Positions 1 to 14,459 of a stretch of DNA of 64,000 bases are shown here, piece by piece. The position numbers and the translations under genes were made by a program. This DNA comes from Octopus vulgaris (taxonomy: Eukaryota). Under the pieces are notes generated by a model. That model had not been told where the DNA came from and made no database searches. It worked only from the letters and a program-made list of their open reading frames with translations. The stretch's first letter is position 1. Each line of letters starts with the position of its first letter. The stretch is from positions 2,418,001 through 2,482,000 of the forward strand of contig OX597819.1 of NCBI GenBank assembly GCA_951406725.2, read 5' to 3'.

Positions 1-524
1 ATTAGATTCATTGTTCCAAAATAGTTTATTTAGACTGAAGAGCCATATCCAGGTGGAAACACCAGCAACTCCTTACTTCAATGAATCAAGTGTGCTGCGA
101 ACATGCATCTTCTGAAAGGAGAAGGTATCCGAAATAAAACATCAATTACCATATTCTGTTAAATTTCCCAGAATGTATTAAAAGCGAAAATGTATGTCAT
201 CGCGTTAAAGAGAAGTATTTTTGTATGATTTTAGCATCAAAAGATCGCATGCTTTTGTGCTATACCCTATTCAATAAATGCATACTTACATACGTATACA
301 TTTATATTATTCTTTTACTTGGTTCATTTATTGGACTTCGAAGTGTATAATCGATCATATCGAACACAGGAATCGGTTTTTAAATCTCGTACTTATTCTA
401 TCGGTTTCGTTTTGTATTAATTTACGAGGCCATAAATAAACCAACTGGTATTCATTTGTTTATGGAGAGAATCACAAAGACAAAGACACATGCATACACG
501 TGCACGCGCTCATGCAAACATACA

Positions 525-744
525 TTATTATTATTATTATCATTATTATTATTATTATTATCATTATTATTATTATTATCATTATTATTATTATTATTAT
601 CATTATTATTATTATTATCATTATTATTATTATTATCATTATTATTATTATTATTATCATTATTATTATTATTATTATCATTATTATTATTATTATCATT
701 ATTATTATTATTATTATCATTATTATTATTATTATTATTATTAT
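525..744. repeat. (TTA/TCA)n trinucleotide microsatellite
   Basis: Long TAT/CAT array read directly; source of the poly-I/L/Y pseudo-ORFs. Confidence 0.95.
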
Positions 745-745
745 T

Positions 746-1310
746 CAGTAGTTTTATTTTTATTTTTATAGCGTGCTTTCACTTCACTACCGAGCGCAGC
801 TCTGTGTGCCTTGGGTATGTGCTGTGATTTGTTGTGATGCTCTGATGGTTATTGTATGGAAAGTGTTCTGCGTAGGATGTGGCAGTGCCTAGTAGTGCAA
901 TTTTCTGTATGTTATATGTGTTTGTAAGTCCTGGTGTTTTTGTTATGTATTTTTCTGAATATTTTTTTATCATGCCTAATGCACCTACTATGATAGGAAT
1001 TGTTTCTGTTTTCAGATTCCACATTCTAGTTACCTCTATTTCCAGGTCTTTGTATTTTGAGAGTTTCTCCATTTCTTTTAGAGACACGTTGTCATCTGCC
1101 GGTACTGATACATCAATTAGAAAGCATTTTTTTTCTTCATGATCTCTGACAACTATATCTGGTCTGTTGGCCTTAATTTCTCTATCTGTGTGTATCGGCA
1201 TATCCCAGAGTATGGTTGCTTTCTCGTTTTCTGTGACCTTTTCTGGTGTGTGCCTATACCATCTTTTTTCTGTTGTTATTCCATAATGTTGGCATAGCTT
1301 CCAATGTATG
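746..1310 (-). mobile_element. 3' fragment of RLE-type non-LTR retrotransposon (R4/Dong-like), copy A
   Basis: ORF 779-1201 has ANRPDIVVRDHEEKKCFLIDVSVP...KYKDLEIEV..MW, the PD..D restriction-like endonuclease. The 3' end abuts a (TAA)n array. Confidence 0.85.
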
Positions 1311-1525
1311 TAATAACCATCAGAGCAGTGTCTTGGGTATGTGCCTTGAGTATGTGCCGTGGTTTGTTGTGATGCTCTTATGGTTACTGTATTGAAAGTG
1401 TTTTGCGTAGGATGAGTGCAGTGCCCAGTAGTGCAATTTTTTGTATGTTGTATATATTTGTAAGTTCTGGTGTTTTTATTAAGTATTTGTCTGAATATTT
1501 TTTATCATACCTAATGCACCTACTA
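1311..1525 (-). mobile_element. Very short 3' fragment of the same RLE LINE, copy B
   Basis: VVGALG..KKYSDKYLIKTPELTNIYNIQKIALLGTALILRKTLSIQ, near-identical to the copy A C-terminus. Truncated at a (TAA)n array. Confidence 0.8.
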
Positions 1526-1526
1526 C

Positions 1527-1604
<78 letters not shown>

Positions 1605-1642
1605 CATCATCATCATCATCATCATCATCATTATTATTATTA
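1526..1642. repeat. (TAT)n(CAT)n microsatellite
   Basis: Direct reading. Confidence 0.95.
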
Positions 1643-2029
1643 TACACCATTTGGTACTTTCATGCAAAGTTCTACTGCATCGCCTGCTACACCTCCATGT
1701 TACTGGGGGGGTGCAACATTGTGTGTTCGTTATTGTTGTTGGGAGTGTGAAAACTCGTCCCAGTATTGTCTTACATCACTTTGTTTTATTATGGAGTTTG
1801 GTTGCAGCCTTTTGTTGCATTAGTGTTCGTATTGTGTGCAGTGTGTGTAATACCAGTTGTGTTCTTCTGTTGGGTATTCGGCCTGTATGGGGTTGTTTAT
1901 AGAGTGTGTCTTTTTTTGTGCGGGATGGGGAGGGTTGTATTACTGAATTGATAATGTCTTGCGCATCATGTGGGTTGTTCCTAGCAGGGTTATTTTTTGG
2001 ATAGTATGTAGTGTTGAAAGTCCAGGTAT

Positions 2030-2680
2030 GGCTTCTAGGTTTTTGTGCATACGTTGTTTGTTCTTTTATTGTTATTATTGTTATTGTTTTCACCTTCATG
2101 CCCCATATCTTGAATATTTCAATTTCGAGGTCGTTGTACTTTGACAGCTTGTTCCACTTCCTTTCGGTAATATCTTGGTCAAAACGGACTGCAATGTCTA
2201 TCTGTAAGCTGGTGTTTTGTTGTTTTTTTTCTTTGAATCCTTGACTATGTGTGGGTGATTAACTTTTATTTATCAGTTTGAACAGGCATGCCCCAGATGA
2301 TTGTGACCTGGTTGTTGTCATGTACCTTGTTTAGCATATGTTTATATCATTTCTGATCAGTTTTTATGTTGGCATATTGTCCAGTACATATAACTACTCA
2401 TTCGGTCATGTCTATATATTTATTCAGATTTGGTAAGGACTGGACAACCAGAGATGATGTGGTCAACTGTCTCATTGTGCTGGTTGCACATTCTGCATTT
2501 GGTGTTGGAGCCTGTTTTCATTATTTTGGTTTTATAGTTGTTTGTGGTTAGACATTAGTCTTCTGCAGCGAGAATCAGTCCTTCCGATTCAGCTTTTAGT
2601 CCACACCTTTTGAGCCATTGTAAGCTTTTAATTAGGTGCACTTATCTGTCAAGTCATGCAAGGATTTGGCCATGGAGTTG
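2030..2680 (-). mobile_element. Degenerate RLE LINE fragment, copy C
   Basis: Minus-strand remnants such as LKAESEGLILAAED and KYNDLEIEIFKIWGMKVKTI, broken by stops and frameshifts. Confidence 0.7.
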
Positions 2681-2705
2681 CTGTTATTACTATTATTATT
2701 ATTAT

Positions 2706-4099
2706 TCTATGTTTGACTTTTGCATTATATTTGTACAAGTTGGCTCCAAGTCTCACCCAGAGACCTCAAGAGACAACAGGTTGGAAGTTCACGTTGTTGT
2801 TATGCCTAGTGTGCCATATATTTGGTTTTGTATTTAGTGTTGTATAAGTGAATGTCTAAAAAAAAACAAGAAAGAAAATTATTTTTGTTTTAAACCTTGA
2901 GATTACATAGAAAGTATTTTACGTAGTATTTTATCTTTTGAATTTCTGCCATTTTGAGATTTCCTGGTTAGGTAGCAATCAGCCTCTTTTGCTATCATTT
3001 CCAGGGCACCTATGACAACAGGTATTATTTTAGTCTTCAGGTTCCACATTTTACTGATTTCTATTTCAAGATCTTTATATTTGCTCAGTTTTTGGTAGGT
3101 CTTGACAGATACGTTTATATCGATTGGGACAGCCATATCAATGAGGAGGCATGTTCTTTGTCTGAAGTCTTTCAATATGATGTCTGGCCTATTTGCATCT
3201 ATCTTTCTGTCAGTTTGAATGGTGAAGTTCCAGAGGAGTGAGATGTGGTCATTTTCAAGCACTGCAGGTGGTTTGTGCCCCCACCAGTTTTTTTCATGGG
3301 GCAAATCCAGGTTTTTGCAGATTACCCTGTGAATACATTGTGCAGCTCTATCATGCCTGTTGAGATACACTGTAGGCGCTAGAAGACTACACTTGGAGAC
3401 AACATGATGAATGGTTTCATTTTGTTGTTGACATACACGACATGTTGAGCTACTGCCGTTCTTTAATATGTTGGCCAGGTAGTTCCTTGTTGGTAGCTAT
3501 GATAGTTCCTTGTTGAGCTGCTATGATAAACGCTTCTGTTTCAGATTTTAAGCCAGAGGCCATTAGCCATTGATGAGCCAGAGCTTTGTCAACATCTGCA
3601 TTATTTGCTCTCTTTGAGTATTTGCCATTGAGAGGTTTTTCTTGCCATTCAGAATATCTAAGGCAGCAGTTTTAGCACGGGTGTTCATGCGTTTAGCTTT
3701 TTCTGTGCTTGTTTCTTGTATGTCTAATTCCGAAATTTGTTGTATTCGGAATTCACTTAGATATTCCTTGGCCTGTTTTATTACTGAGTATGATGCTTTC
3801 TTGTTTTCATGTTTTGAGACAAGTTTTAACATCCAGTCCTCAGAGTTTTTCAGGTAGGTGTCTAGGCCAATTGTAGCAATCTTCATTGTTATTGCCAGTT
3901 GTAAAAGTCCACGACCTCCCTCTTTTCTTGGCAGATAAAGTCGTTCTATATCTGCCTTAGGGTGGTGCATTCTATGCATTGTCAACAGTTTTCGTATTTT
4001 TCTGTCAAGATTACATATTTCAGTAATTAACCAGTTAACGATATTGAAACTGTAAGTCACGACTGGTATGGCTTCGATCACTTCGATCCTGTTTCTCGC

Positions 4100-4100
<1 letters not shown>
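2706..4100 (-). mobile_element. R4/Dong-like LINE fragment (RT C-terminus, zinc-knuckle region, RLE), copy D
   Basis: LDRKIRKLLTMHRMHHPKADIERLYLPRKEGGRGL (3563-4198) and DANRPDIILKD...LLIDMAVP (2903-3370). Bounded by (TTA)n tracts. Confidence 0.85.
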
Positions 4101-4184
<84 letters not shown>

Positions 4185-4198
4185 GTCGTCGTCATCAT
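4100..4198. repeat. (ATT)n(CAT)n(CGT)n microsatellite
   Basis: Direct reading. Confidence 0.95.
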
Positions 4199-4199
4199 T

Positions 4200-4550
4200 A
4201 AGGCGATGATCTTGCAGGATCGTCAGGGTATTGGAAAAAAGATCCCTTGCGGTATTTCTTCCGGTTCTTTAGATTCTGAGTTCAAATTCCGACAGGAAAT
4301 TTGAACTTTACCTTTAATCACTCTCTGGAGTCGATAAAGTAAAGTTCCAGTGAATTATTGGTGACTAATACCCTCAAGACTGCTGGCCTTGTTCACAATC
4401 TGAAACTATCCCGGCTCTTTACATCCTAAGCTGAAATCCTGTCGAGCTCGACTTTAAATTCGAGGTCAATAAAATAAGTACCCGTCAAGTACTGGGATCA
4501 ATGTTATCGCTTAATAGCCTCTCTTATAATTGCTGGCTTTGTGCTTGCTT
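4200..4550 (+). mobile_element. Two degenerate copies of SINE family B
   Basis: ttctgagttcaaattcc...gtcgataaa..aagt.ccag motifs shared with the 46422 copy. Confidence 0.6.
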
Positions 4551-4561
4551 AAATTTTAAAC

Positions 4562-5680
<1,119 letters not shown>

Positions 5681-6469
5681 CACCAGTGATTACAATGGCT
5701 GTGGTAATTATTTCAATATCGTAATGGTGGATAAAAACAAACAATAAAATAAATATTAAATCAATAAATACGAAGCATCAACAAGAATTAGCTGTACTAT
5801 TTTGTTTTGTTTTGCTTTTTTGTGGTTTATTTTTGTTTGGTTTGGTTTTTTTTCCATTATCTATCACTTCCCTATAATCGACTTCATTACCACCATTGTA
5901 GCTAGTGGCTGTTGCATCAATTCATTCTTGCATCCGTTAGTAGGTGAGTTTTTTTTTCTTAAATGTCAAGCTAAGCTGTGCTGAGTCTACTTGATTAGAG
6001 GAAAATGTGCACCATGTCCGCATTGCGATGTTTTATTATGACAGTTTAGCTTTCCTTTATTTTTCGCTATTATTTGTTATTTCTATGCTTTATCACTCGC
6101 CATTGTGGCACCATAGAAACAAGTAACTTTCAAAAATAATAAAGGTTAACCAACTTACCTAAGTAGAAATCCAGAGCACTATTATTGTTAGGGATCTTTG
6201 GAAAATGTTAAAATGACAGAATGCAAAACTGAATAAAAACCATGAAACTGGAAATCTTTCCTTTAACATATTTACGGGATTTTTCTGTTGCTGTCAGAGT
6301 TCTTAATATTATCAAATTGTTTTAATTGTTATCAAATTGTTATCAAATTGCTTTAATTGTAATCAAATTTGGTAAGCTGAAATAGTTCTGTATACTAATT
6401 ATGGAAATGAAATTCATTTTTGACATAAATTAAAAAGTAGTTAATAGCTTTTTAAGTTTGCAAATTTTA

Positions 6470-7110
6470 GCCAATTGAAAGTTACAAACATATTGTTGTC
6501 TGCTCCCATAGTAACAAGCCGAGGTACAACCACGTGTATTGCCTGAGCCATTGCGCAGCTGTTGATTACAACAACTATGTTCGTGAAATATATGGAGGAC
6601 CTGCTCCGTAACCCAGTACAGATAGGCGGTTCTGGGAACATTGTTGAGATAGACGAAACAGTCTTCTGAAGACGTAAATACAACTGAAGAAGGATGCTGC
6701 CTGGACAGTGGGTTTTCGGAGGAGTGCGTCACGAGACCAGACGTATCTATCTTTATGCGGTGCCATGTCAGAATCGCGACACACGACACACTAGAGGAAT
6801 GCATACCTCGGTCTATTTCTCCAGGAACCACAATTTTCAGTGACTTGTGGAGAGCCTACTCTCACATCCCTGAAATTGATCGTTATAATTTTCAACATAG
6901 AACAGTGAACCACAGTGTTGTGCTTGTTAACTGCAACGATGTTACCCACACACAACCATGGTTGGTGTAAAACGAGAGAATAAACGGAGCAGCGGGAAAC
7001 ACTTTCCTATGGTTGACTCGTATTTCTGCAGGTTTATGTGGCCCAGGAGATCCAAAAATTGTAATTTGTTTGATAAACTCATAGAGTGTATCTCAAACTT
7101 TCGTTTTTGA
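6470..7110 (+). pseudogene. Merlin / IS1595 (ISXO2-like) DDE transposase relic
   Basis: VEIDETVF*RRKYN...QWVFGG and ISPGTTIFSDLWRAYSHI...HRTVNHS...THTQ motifs, with stops and frameshifts. Confidence 0.8.
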
Positions 7111-8009
7111 GTTTTTCGCTAAAAAAGAAATATTAACCGTTCACATGAAGTGGACTACAGTAGTATAACGTACAGTTTTTCGTTGTTGTCTTCCATCTTT
7201 TAGTTTTTTGTAATTTTTGGTCCCCAAAAATTTCATTAAGGATTTTTCCTTGTTCCTACTTATTAAAACTTCAAAATTTCTTTCGACTTTCATCGTGGTA
7301 ATATATTGCTTTCATTTTGTTTAATAAAATGTTGTCGTACTGTTGTGCTTAGACTGCTATCATGCACAAAATGCCAGATTCCAAATCCCGTTTTCTGACG
7401 CGGTAAAATTAAACCTCTGTAACATTTTTCGAAAACTTTTCTGGAACAAATGAATAACATCAGATTCGGTGTGAAAAATTATATCAATATTCCAAATTCG
7501 AAAATCTCTTAATTTTAAAATTACAAACACTGTGAGAGAAAAGATCCTATTTACGTAGATGAAATCATTCGTGTATGTATGTGTATAGATGCAAGCGCGC
7601 ACAAACATAAAAAGACTTGCACAACTGCGCATGCACATTTAATTCAGATGTAAGATTTGAAAAATGACTCAAAGTCTGAAAGATTCCTGTATTGCATTAG
7701 TCAAGGATGATAATTGCAGCACACGGAATTCTTAGCTGCTGAGTCACTTTGTAACTCAGATAATGAAATTAATTAACTCTGCTGCAATATAATGAGTTTT
7801 TTTTTCACCGAATTTGTATACACGAGTGAAGTCATGCAGCCTTGGTACGACGGTGTTGGCTTCACGATCGTAAAGTCGTGGGTCCGATTTCTGTACCAGG
7901 CGACGCATTGTATCTTTGAGTAAGCCACTTAATTTCCCGGGGCTCCACCAATCTGAAAACCAGTACCAGCCCTCTGACTGTTGGTGCAACTCTCTCTTCT
8001 ATCAGTTAC

Positions 8010-8219
<210 letters not shown>

Positions 8220-9950
8220 GAAAATAGTAAAAAGTGAAAAAACTACAGAAGGCTTGTTTTAGAAGGTTAAAAAATATATATTTGAAGAATAGTTTTTGAA
8301 GAAAGACCGGTTTCGCGTTCAGCTTTTCAAATTTCTTACATCGTTATGTTTACGTTGAAAAGTGTGAAGGAGAGTGAAAGAGAGTTCCAGATAAGGGGAG
8401 GTAATAAGTGATTTCTTCCAGTGTAAGGGAGATAATCGCTTAATATTTCTTGCTTTTCTTTTGGAGTGAGTTTCTCTGTATAAGAATGTTGAAATGGTTA
8501 AGTTTGGGCTTGTATTTTTCAATGAAGAATGTTTCCTTGTTTAATCTAATTTGTGTTGGTGTTCCGATAGCACATTGGTAAAATGGAAAGATTAAAAATT
8601 GTGGTAGTAGTTGCTTTGCGCATTTCTCAATGTGCTCACTAAAGGGTATCATTCGGTATTCTGGGAATGCAATCTGTTGTCGATGCAGTGTGCATCTACG
8701 TCTGAGTGATAGTCCCGTGGACCCCACACGTAGTTTTGGTGGCAGTCCGAGCATTTTATGACATAAATTATATTTAAGTAAAATTAGATTTGATCTTGAA
8801 TTTCTGTCCCTCTTTGAAGAGGAATTCTGATCCTTCTAGCAGGTTTGGACATGTTGCACAGTTCGGTCTACCACATTTTTTTACTTTTGCATCCGTAATT
8901 TCAGAAAACAATTTTGCCTTTGTGAGAATCTTTTTAAGTGATTTAGGTTGTTTGTAGCTTTTAATGATTTGGTGTGTGTTTAGAATTTCCTTTAATTTGG
9001 GGTCCTTATGAAGTATTGGTAAATTCTGGGTGATGATGGTGAAGGCTTCTTTTTTTCTGGGGTTGTATGTGGATATTTAAGGTAGTATTTTCGGGGAGTC
9101 TGTCAATTAGGGTGTTTTTGAGTTCTTGCAGTCTAACGTTCCTGGTATTTTGTTCTGACACTATTGTGCATATCCTTCTTGCTAGGTTGAAGGGGATGTT
9201 TGTTTTAGTGTGTCTTGGGTGGCATGAATCAAAAAGTAGGTATTGTTTGGCGTATGTGGCTTTGTAAAAAATGTCTGTTTCTATTTTAAGGTTAATTTTT
9301 TTAATTAGTATATCCAAGAATGGGAGCTCCTTTTTGTTGTATTCCATTGTGAACTGTATATTTGGGTTTATGCTGTTCAATAGGTTTTTAAATTTTAGGA
9401 GTTTATCTGTGTTTTCATTCCAGAGTATAAAACAATCGTCCAGGAACGGTTTCCAATTCTCTTTTATGTATTGAGAGAGGGGGTTTCCAAAGATTGATAA
9501 AGATTCCTGGTAAATGATTATTTCCAGGTAGCCCATTGTTAGGTTCGCAATGACTGGTGCTGCCCTTGTACCCATAGCAATTCCGGATTTTTGACGGTAA
9601 AATGTATTGTCAAACTTGAAGTGGTTATTATGTAGGATGAATTCAATTGATTTAGTAATGGATTCTTTACTGATCCTTTTTGGTATTTCTTCCGGAAATT
9701 GGTCCAGCCAGAACTGTATTGCCTCTAGTCCATAATTATGAGGTATACTGGTATATAAGTTAACTACATCAAATGAAACCAGGATTGTTTCTTCCTTGGC
9801 TTTTTTTGGAAGGTGGTTTAACATATCTAAGTCATCTCTGATATGGCTATCGATATGTTTAAGGAAGGGTTTCAGGAGGATGTCCATAAATAGACTTAGT
9901 CTGTGTGTTTCACAGGTTAGGCCAGCTACAATGGGTCGTAGTTTTAGGTC
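8220..9950 (-). mobile_element. 5'-truncated Penelope-like retroelement (RT + GIY-YIG endonuclease)
   Basis: ORF 9006-9980 has RPIVA..., SFDVVNLYTSIP, GIAMGT, FLDDCF, LPFLD, HPRHTK. A frameshifted GIY-YIG region lies at about 8440-8800 (GSTGLSLRRRCTLHRQQI). Both ends are in (TA)n. Confidence 0.9.
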
Positions 9951-9989
9951 ATACATATATATATACATATATATATACATATATATATA

Positions 9990-10987
9990 CTAGCATTATG
10001 ACCCGGCGTTGCCGGGTCATAGTGCTAATGCATGTATATATGTGTATATATATATGTGTACATCTATATATATATACATCTAAACATAAAATACAAAATA
10101 CAAAGTTATATCTTCATATCGCTAGTGATAACAATACTCAAAATATATAACAGACTGGAATTGTAGGCCCGTCTCTTGCAATATCGATCAATTGTATCTC
10201 GTCCTCCCTCTTGTATAGAAGTGGGGCTACAATCCAGCCTACCTTTACTTCTGGGGGAACATTTTAAATTTTTATCTGGGACGTCCTACGTCCCAGATAT
10301 AAAGGTTAAAAATAAAATATTTCTACTTTGCAAGGTTCCAGTCGAGAACTCCCTTGCACGCTCCGTTGACTCGAACCTTGCTTCTATTGCTTCTATTCGA
10401 ATTTACCGCCTCTGGTTAGATACTTGATATCTTTCATAGTCGCACCAAGACACTTTTCGATGGTGCTTTCCTTCAGGTGTTCAAATCTTTTTTTTTCTCT
10501 ACATTGTATACTTTATAGACAATAGTCTTTTCTTTAATTTAATGGACTATTGCATTTCTGCGCATTAATTTTATTTTTAATTTATTCCCATTCATGTGAA
10601 ACCACTGATTCAAGTTCAAGTCATTGATGCAATTTTATATCAATTGCTATTTTTACTTTTGTTATGTTACGATTACATTATACTTTAGTTTGATTTTAAT
10701 TATTACTTACTACGTATAATTCAATTGTTATTATTATTTTTATTGTTATAGTGAAAGTATCCGACATAAAAGAGAGAAATGTTTTTGTTTCACTTTTAAC
10801 ACGTAATACTGAAATACTGGAGAAGATATGATATTGCTATGGGCTCGCCCTAGGCAAGAAGTTGAACATTTTTTTGCCCATGAAACTACATGGACCCTAA
10901 GTAAGACATGTGTAAAATTTGAATGAAATTCGTTGTGTAATTCTCAAGTTTTTGGGAAACACACAGACAGACAGACACACATCCTCA

Positions 10988-11005
<18 letters not shown>
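9990..11005 (-). mobile_element. Non-autonomous Helitron-like element
   Basis: Minus-strand 3' end CTAG|T at 9990-9993 with a strong hairpin (9991-10027). The 5' end has TATATAAAACTGAGGATGTGTGTCTGTCTGTCTG, typical of such elements; its exact 5' base is lost in (TA)n. Confidence 0.65.
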
Positions 11006-11038
<33 letters not shown>

Positions 11039-11048
11039 ATACATATAG

Positions 11049-11109
<61 letters not shown>

Positions 11110-11110
11110 G

Positions 11111-11193
<83 letters not shown>

Positions 11194-11607
11194 CATATAT
11201 ATATATATACACACATACACACACACAAGCCTGCGCGAGGCGAATTGGCTGAGTCAGAATCATTAGAGTGTCGAACCGGATTTCGTAAGTTCTCAGATTT
11301 ACATTCCTGAGATGGCTACACGAATGGTAGACTCTAATTCTCATCCGGTTTAATACCATCACCTGACTATTTGAATATTTTAACAAATTCACCTCTTGCA
11401 TTAGTTTGGGCTGGGTTTCTGGTTTGGGGCTACCTCCCGCCCACTTTGCTGCCAATCTTTGGTAGGATAACATTTTATCTTGGCTAAAAAGAATTTTAAA
11501 AGTTAACTAACACACATACACACACACGCATTCAACCGAGAGTGCCACTTGCATGAGGAATTTGACACGGTTTAATTATTTGAAAATATAATCATAGCAA
11601 AGATGAA

Positions 11608-11760
11608 TATGTGGCTGTGTAGTAAAAAGTTTCGTTCCCAACTATATGGTTCCGGGTTCAGTCCCACTGCGTGACACCTTGGACAATTGCTTTCAACTAT
11701 AACCTCGGTTGACCAAGGCCTTGTGAGTGGATTTGGTAGACGGAAACTGAAAGAAGTCCG

Positions 11761-11804
<44 letters not shown>

Positions 11805-11990
11805 GTGTCCCACCAAGGTTTGAGAACAAGTGTTGGTGTGTTTACGTCCTGTAACTTGCCGATTCAGCTAAAGTGCCCGATGGAATAAGTATCTGGCATA
11901 AATATATATAAGTCCTAGAATCGATTCGTTCGACTAAAATTCTTCAAGGCGGTAACTCTGCATACCCGCAGTCTACTGACTTAAACAGGG
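11608..11990 (+). mobile_element. SINE family A (tRNA-like head, internal (GT)n)
   Basis: tggctgtgtagtaa...ggttccgggttcagtccc A/B-box-like head, then ccttgtgagtggatttggtagacggaaactgaaagaag core shared with many copies. Confidence 0.85.
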
Positions 11991-12004
11991 AATGGATAAT
12001 AGTT

Positions 12005-12200
12005 TCAAATTAGAAGGCCACCAATTTTAGGGTAAGTGTAAGTGGTTTACATCGACCCCAAGGCTCAATTGCATTTTATTTTATCGACCTCGAAAAGCAA
12101 AGTCGATCTCGGCGGAATTTGAATTCAGAACGTAAAGAGCCGGAAGAAATATTGCTAATTATTTTGTTTGATGTGCTAATGATTCTGAAAGTTCGCCACC
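12005..12200 (-). mobile_element. SINE family B
   Basis: Reverse complement of ttctgaattcaaattccgccgagatcgactttgc...gtcgataaaataa. Confidence 0.75.
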
Positions 12201-14459
12201 CTGCTTGAAATTATAATGAGATAGAGCGAAAATAAAAAAAAAAAACATTCTTAATGAAAAGTTTTTCTTACGTACAAAGAAACAAAACAAAAAATGACTG
12301 AAATTTCAATTTGCTAAAGTGCAATTAAATTAAGCGTTGAACTAGGATGGGAAAATATTTGATCTTTTTCTTTGCTTTTTGTAGATATGGACAACTGAAG
12401 ACATGTTTGGGTGCTATTCAACCTCCTCGATGAAGCTGTATGTTTTCTTAGTTTTAGGAATTGGCATTACTTTCTACAAAGTTGGGAGTTGGAAACGTCA
12501 GTATGCGTTTTCGAAGATATTGATTAATGCCATATTTTGAGTTATAATTGTGAGATAGTTTCAAACCCTAAAACTTTTATACTATAGAATGCTCTTATCG
12601 CTTTTCTGGAGCGTATCAGGTGGGTTCCGCTTATAATTGGGGTGTGTGTTTTGTATTCTCGCTTCTTTGTGGATTTCCTCATAAGTGATGCAAAATAGGT
12701 TTCAACAAGGTATTGATCTCCTTTTCTGAATTGGGCTTATTTGAATTCGTTTTAATTGTTGTTGTTGTATAGCCGCGGTCAGCCCTGGTGTAACTGACTT
12801 ACGTTCAACATTTTTGAAGCATGTATTCAGAACCACATTATTTAATTGCCTTTCCTCTTTAAGATTAGGTGTGTGTTTTGAGGGATGCTATTTCTAACAG
12901 ACAAACGACCATGTACACGCTCTGTCACAGTCTTGTAATTAAAGTTACTATTGGGATGTCTCATACGTTACAAACAATGTTAGATTTACTGCTGCTGTTA
13001 ATTGATTTTTATGCTATTTTACTAGTTGGATGTTATTTTATTAAGGATGCTGTTTCAGGCTTCATTGTTACCGTTTATACTTAAGCTAGCCTTGATGAGG
13101 CAGACCTATAATCAAAATCAATCAAAATTGATCATTCCATCGTTTTTCCATTTTTCTTTTCTCTCCTTTCACGAACTATATATAGACGGTAGGATATAGT
13201 TTGGAGAGGTGTTGATGACCTTTTATCAGGTCGAATGAGCAGGTAGACGCTTCTCATTAGCTCATACTATTCCAATTGTGTAGTAAACTATGGCTATACG
13301 ATTACAAAGTAGCTTCTCAATTACATGGTTCCGGAATTCACCGAGGGTCACGTTTGGTCGGTTATTCCTCTTATAGCCTCGAGTCTATTCAAGCCTTACT
13401 GAGTTGAAAGAATTTGTGTCAAGTTTCTCGTGTGCACGATATCTGTCCTTGGGGTATAAACTTAATGAACCACCTGATTCTAGGGTTTCGTTAGAGGTGT
13501 TCACTCTGTTATAAGTATTCCGACCTAAGAAAAACTAGATACGTTGATGTGATATTTCCAAAGGAATAATCATGATTTGCTGAATAATTGTGAATTGTGA
13601 TCGCTTCCTCTTTTTCCCCTGCCAGTTACAGAGACATTGTACATGATTAATGCACATCCTCCTGGGAGCAAGACACGAAATGAAGTTGGAATTGTATTTT
13701 TCATATTTGTGTTGAGGTATTTTTTAAAGGTTTCTCTATTTTGTAGACTGCAAGTACTGCAGTATTTTCCTATGTGTTTGTGATGTTCATTGAACTGAGT
13801 TTGAGAGCTGTGAAAGTGTGGGAGAATTTGTTTGACGTATAGTCATGGTGTGTAGGTGTGTATTGTATCGAGTAAAAAATGTGTCTGGAGAAAAACTGCT
13901 GTATTTAATTTGATGTGATATATGCGTGCACTGGTGTGGGTTGTTTAGAATGAAAACTAATTTAATTGAGATGCTAATGTATGTATTTTGATGTTATCAA
14001 CATTTGTTTTGTGTTAGAAGCATTGAAATGTCACTCGATAATAGTGTTTGGGGATACGTTTAGGTGATAAAACAGACAATGGTGACCTGGTGGGATGGTT
14101 ATGAGGTTGAAATGGTATGTATACGTGTATTATGATAATACATTTCTTGTTACTGGCTTTTTCCTTCAATGTCTGCGATTCTAGTAAATTATGGTGAAAA
14201 TTGTATTTGGGAGTCACTTGTAACACATCAGTTTATGTACTATAAAACATCTATTACCAGCAATTTCAGTTTTAACTTAGAAATTGCAATTTTGTAGTTT
14301 CTACTTTAGCTGCTGCTGTTGTTGTTGTATTGTTGTTGTATACTGTTGGTCGTCCCTGATTGAGCAGACTAATAATAAAATACATTCTAACCGTTCTTAC
14401 CATGCCGTCTTTTATTTTTTTTCCTGAGTATCCAGTTTTATTATTAAATTATATTATTA

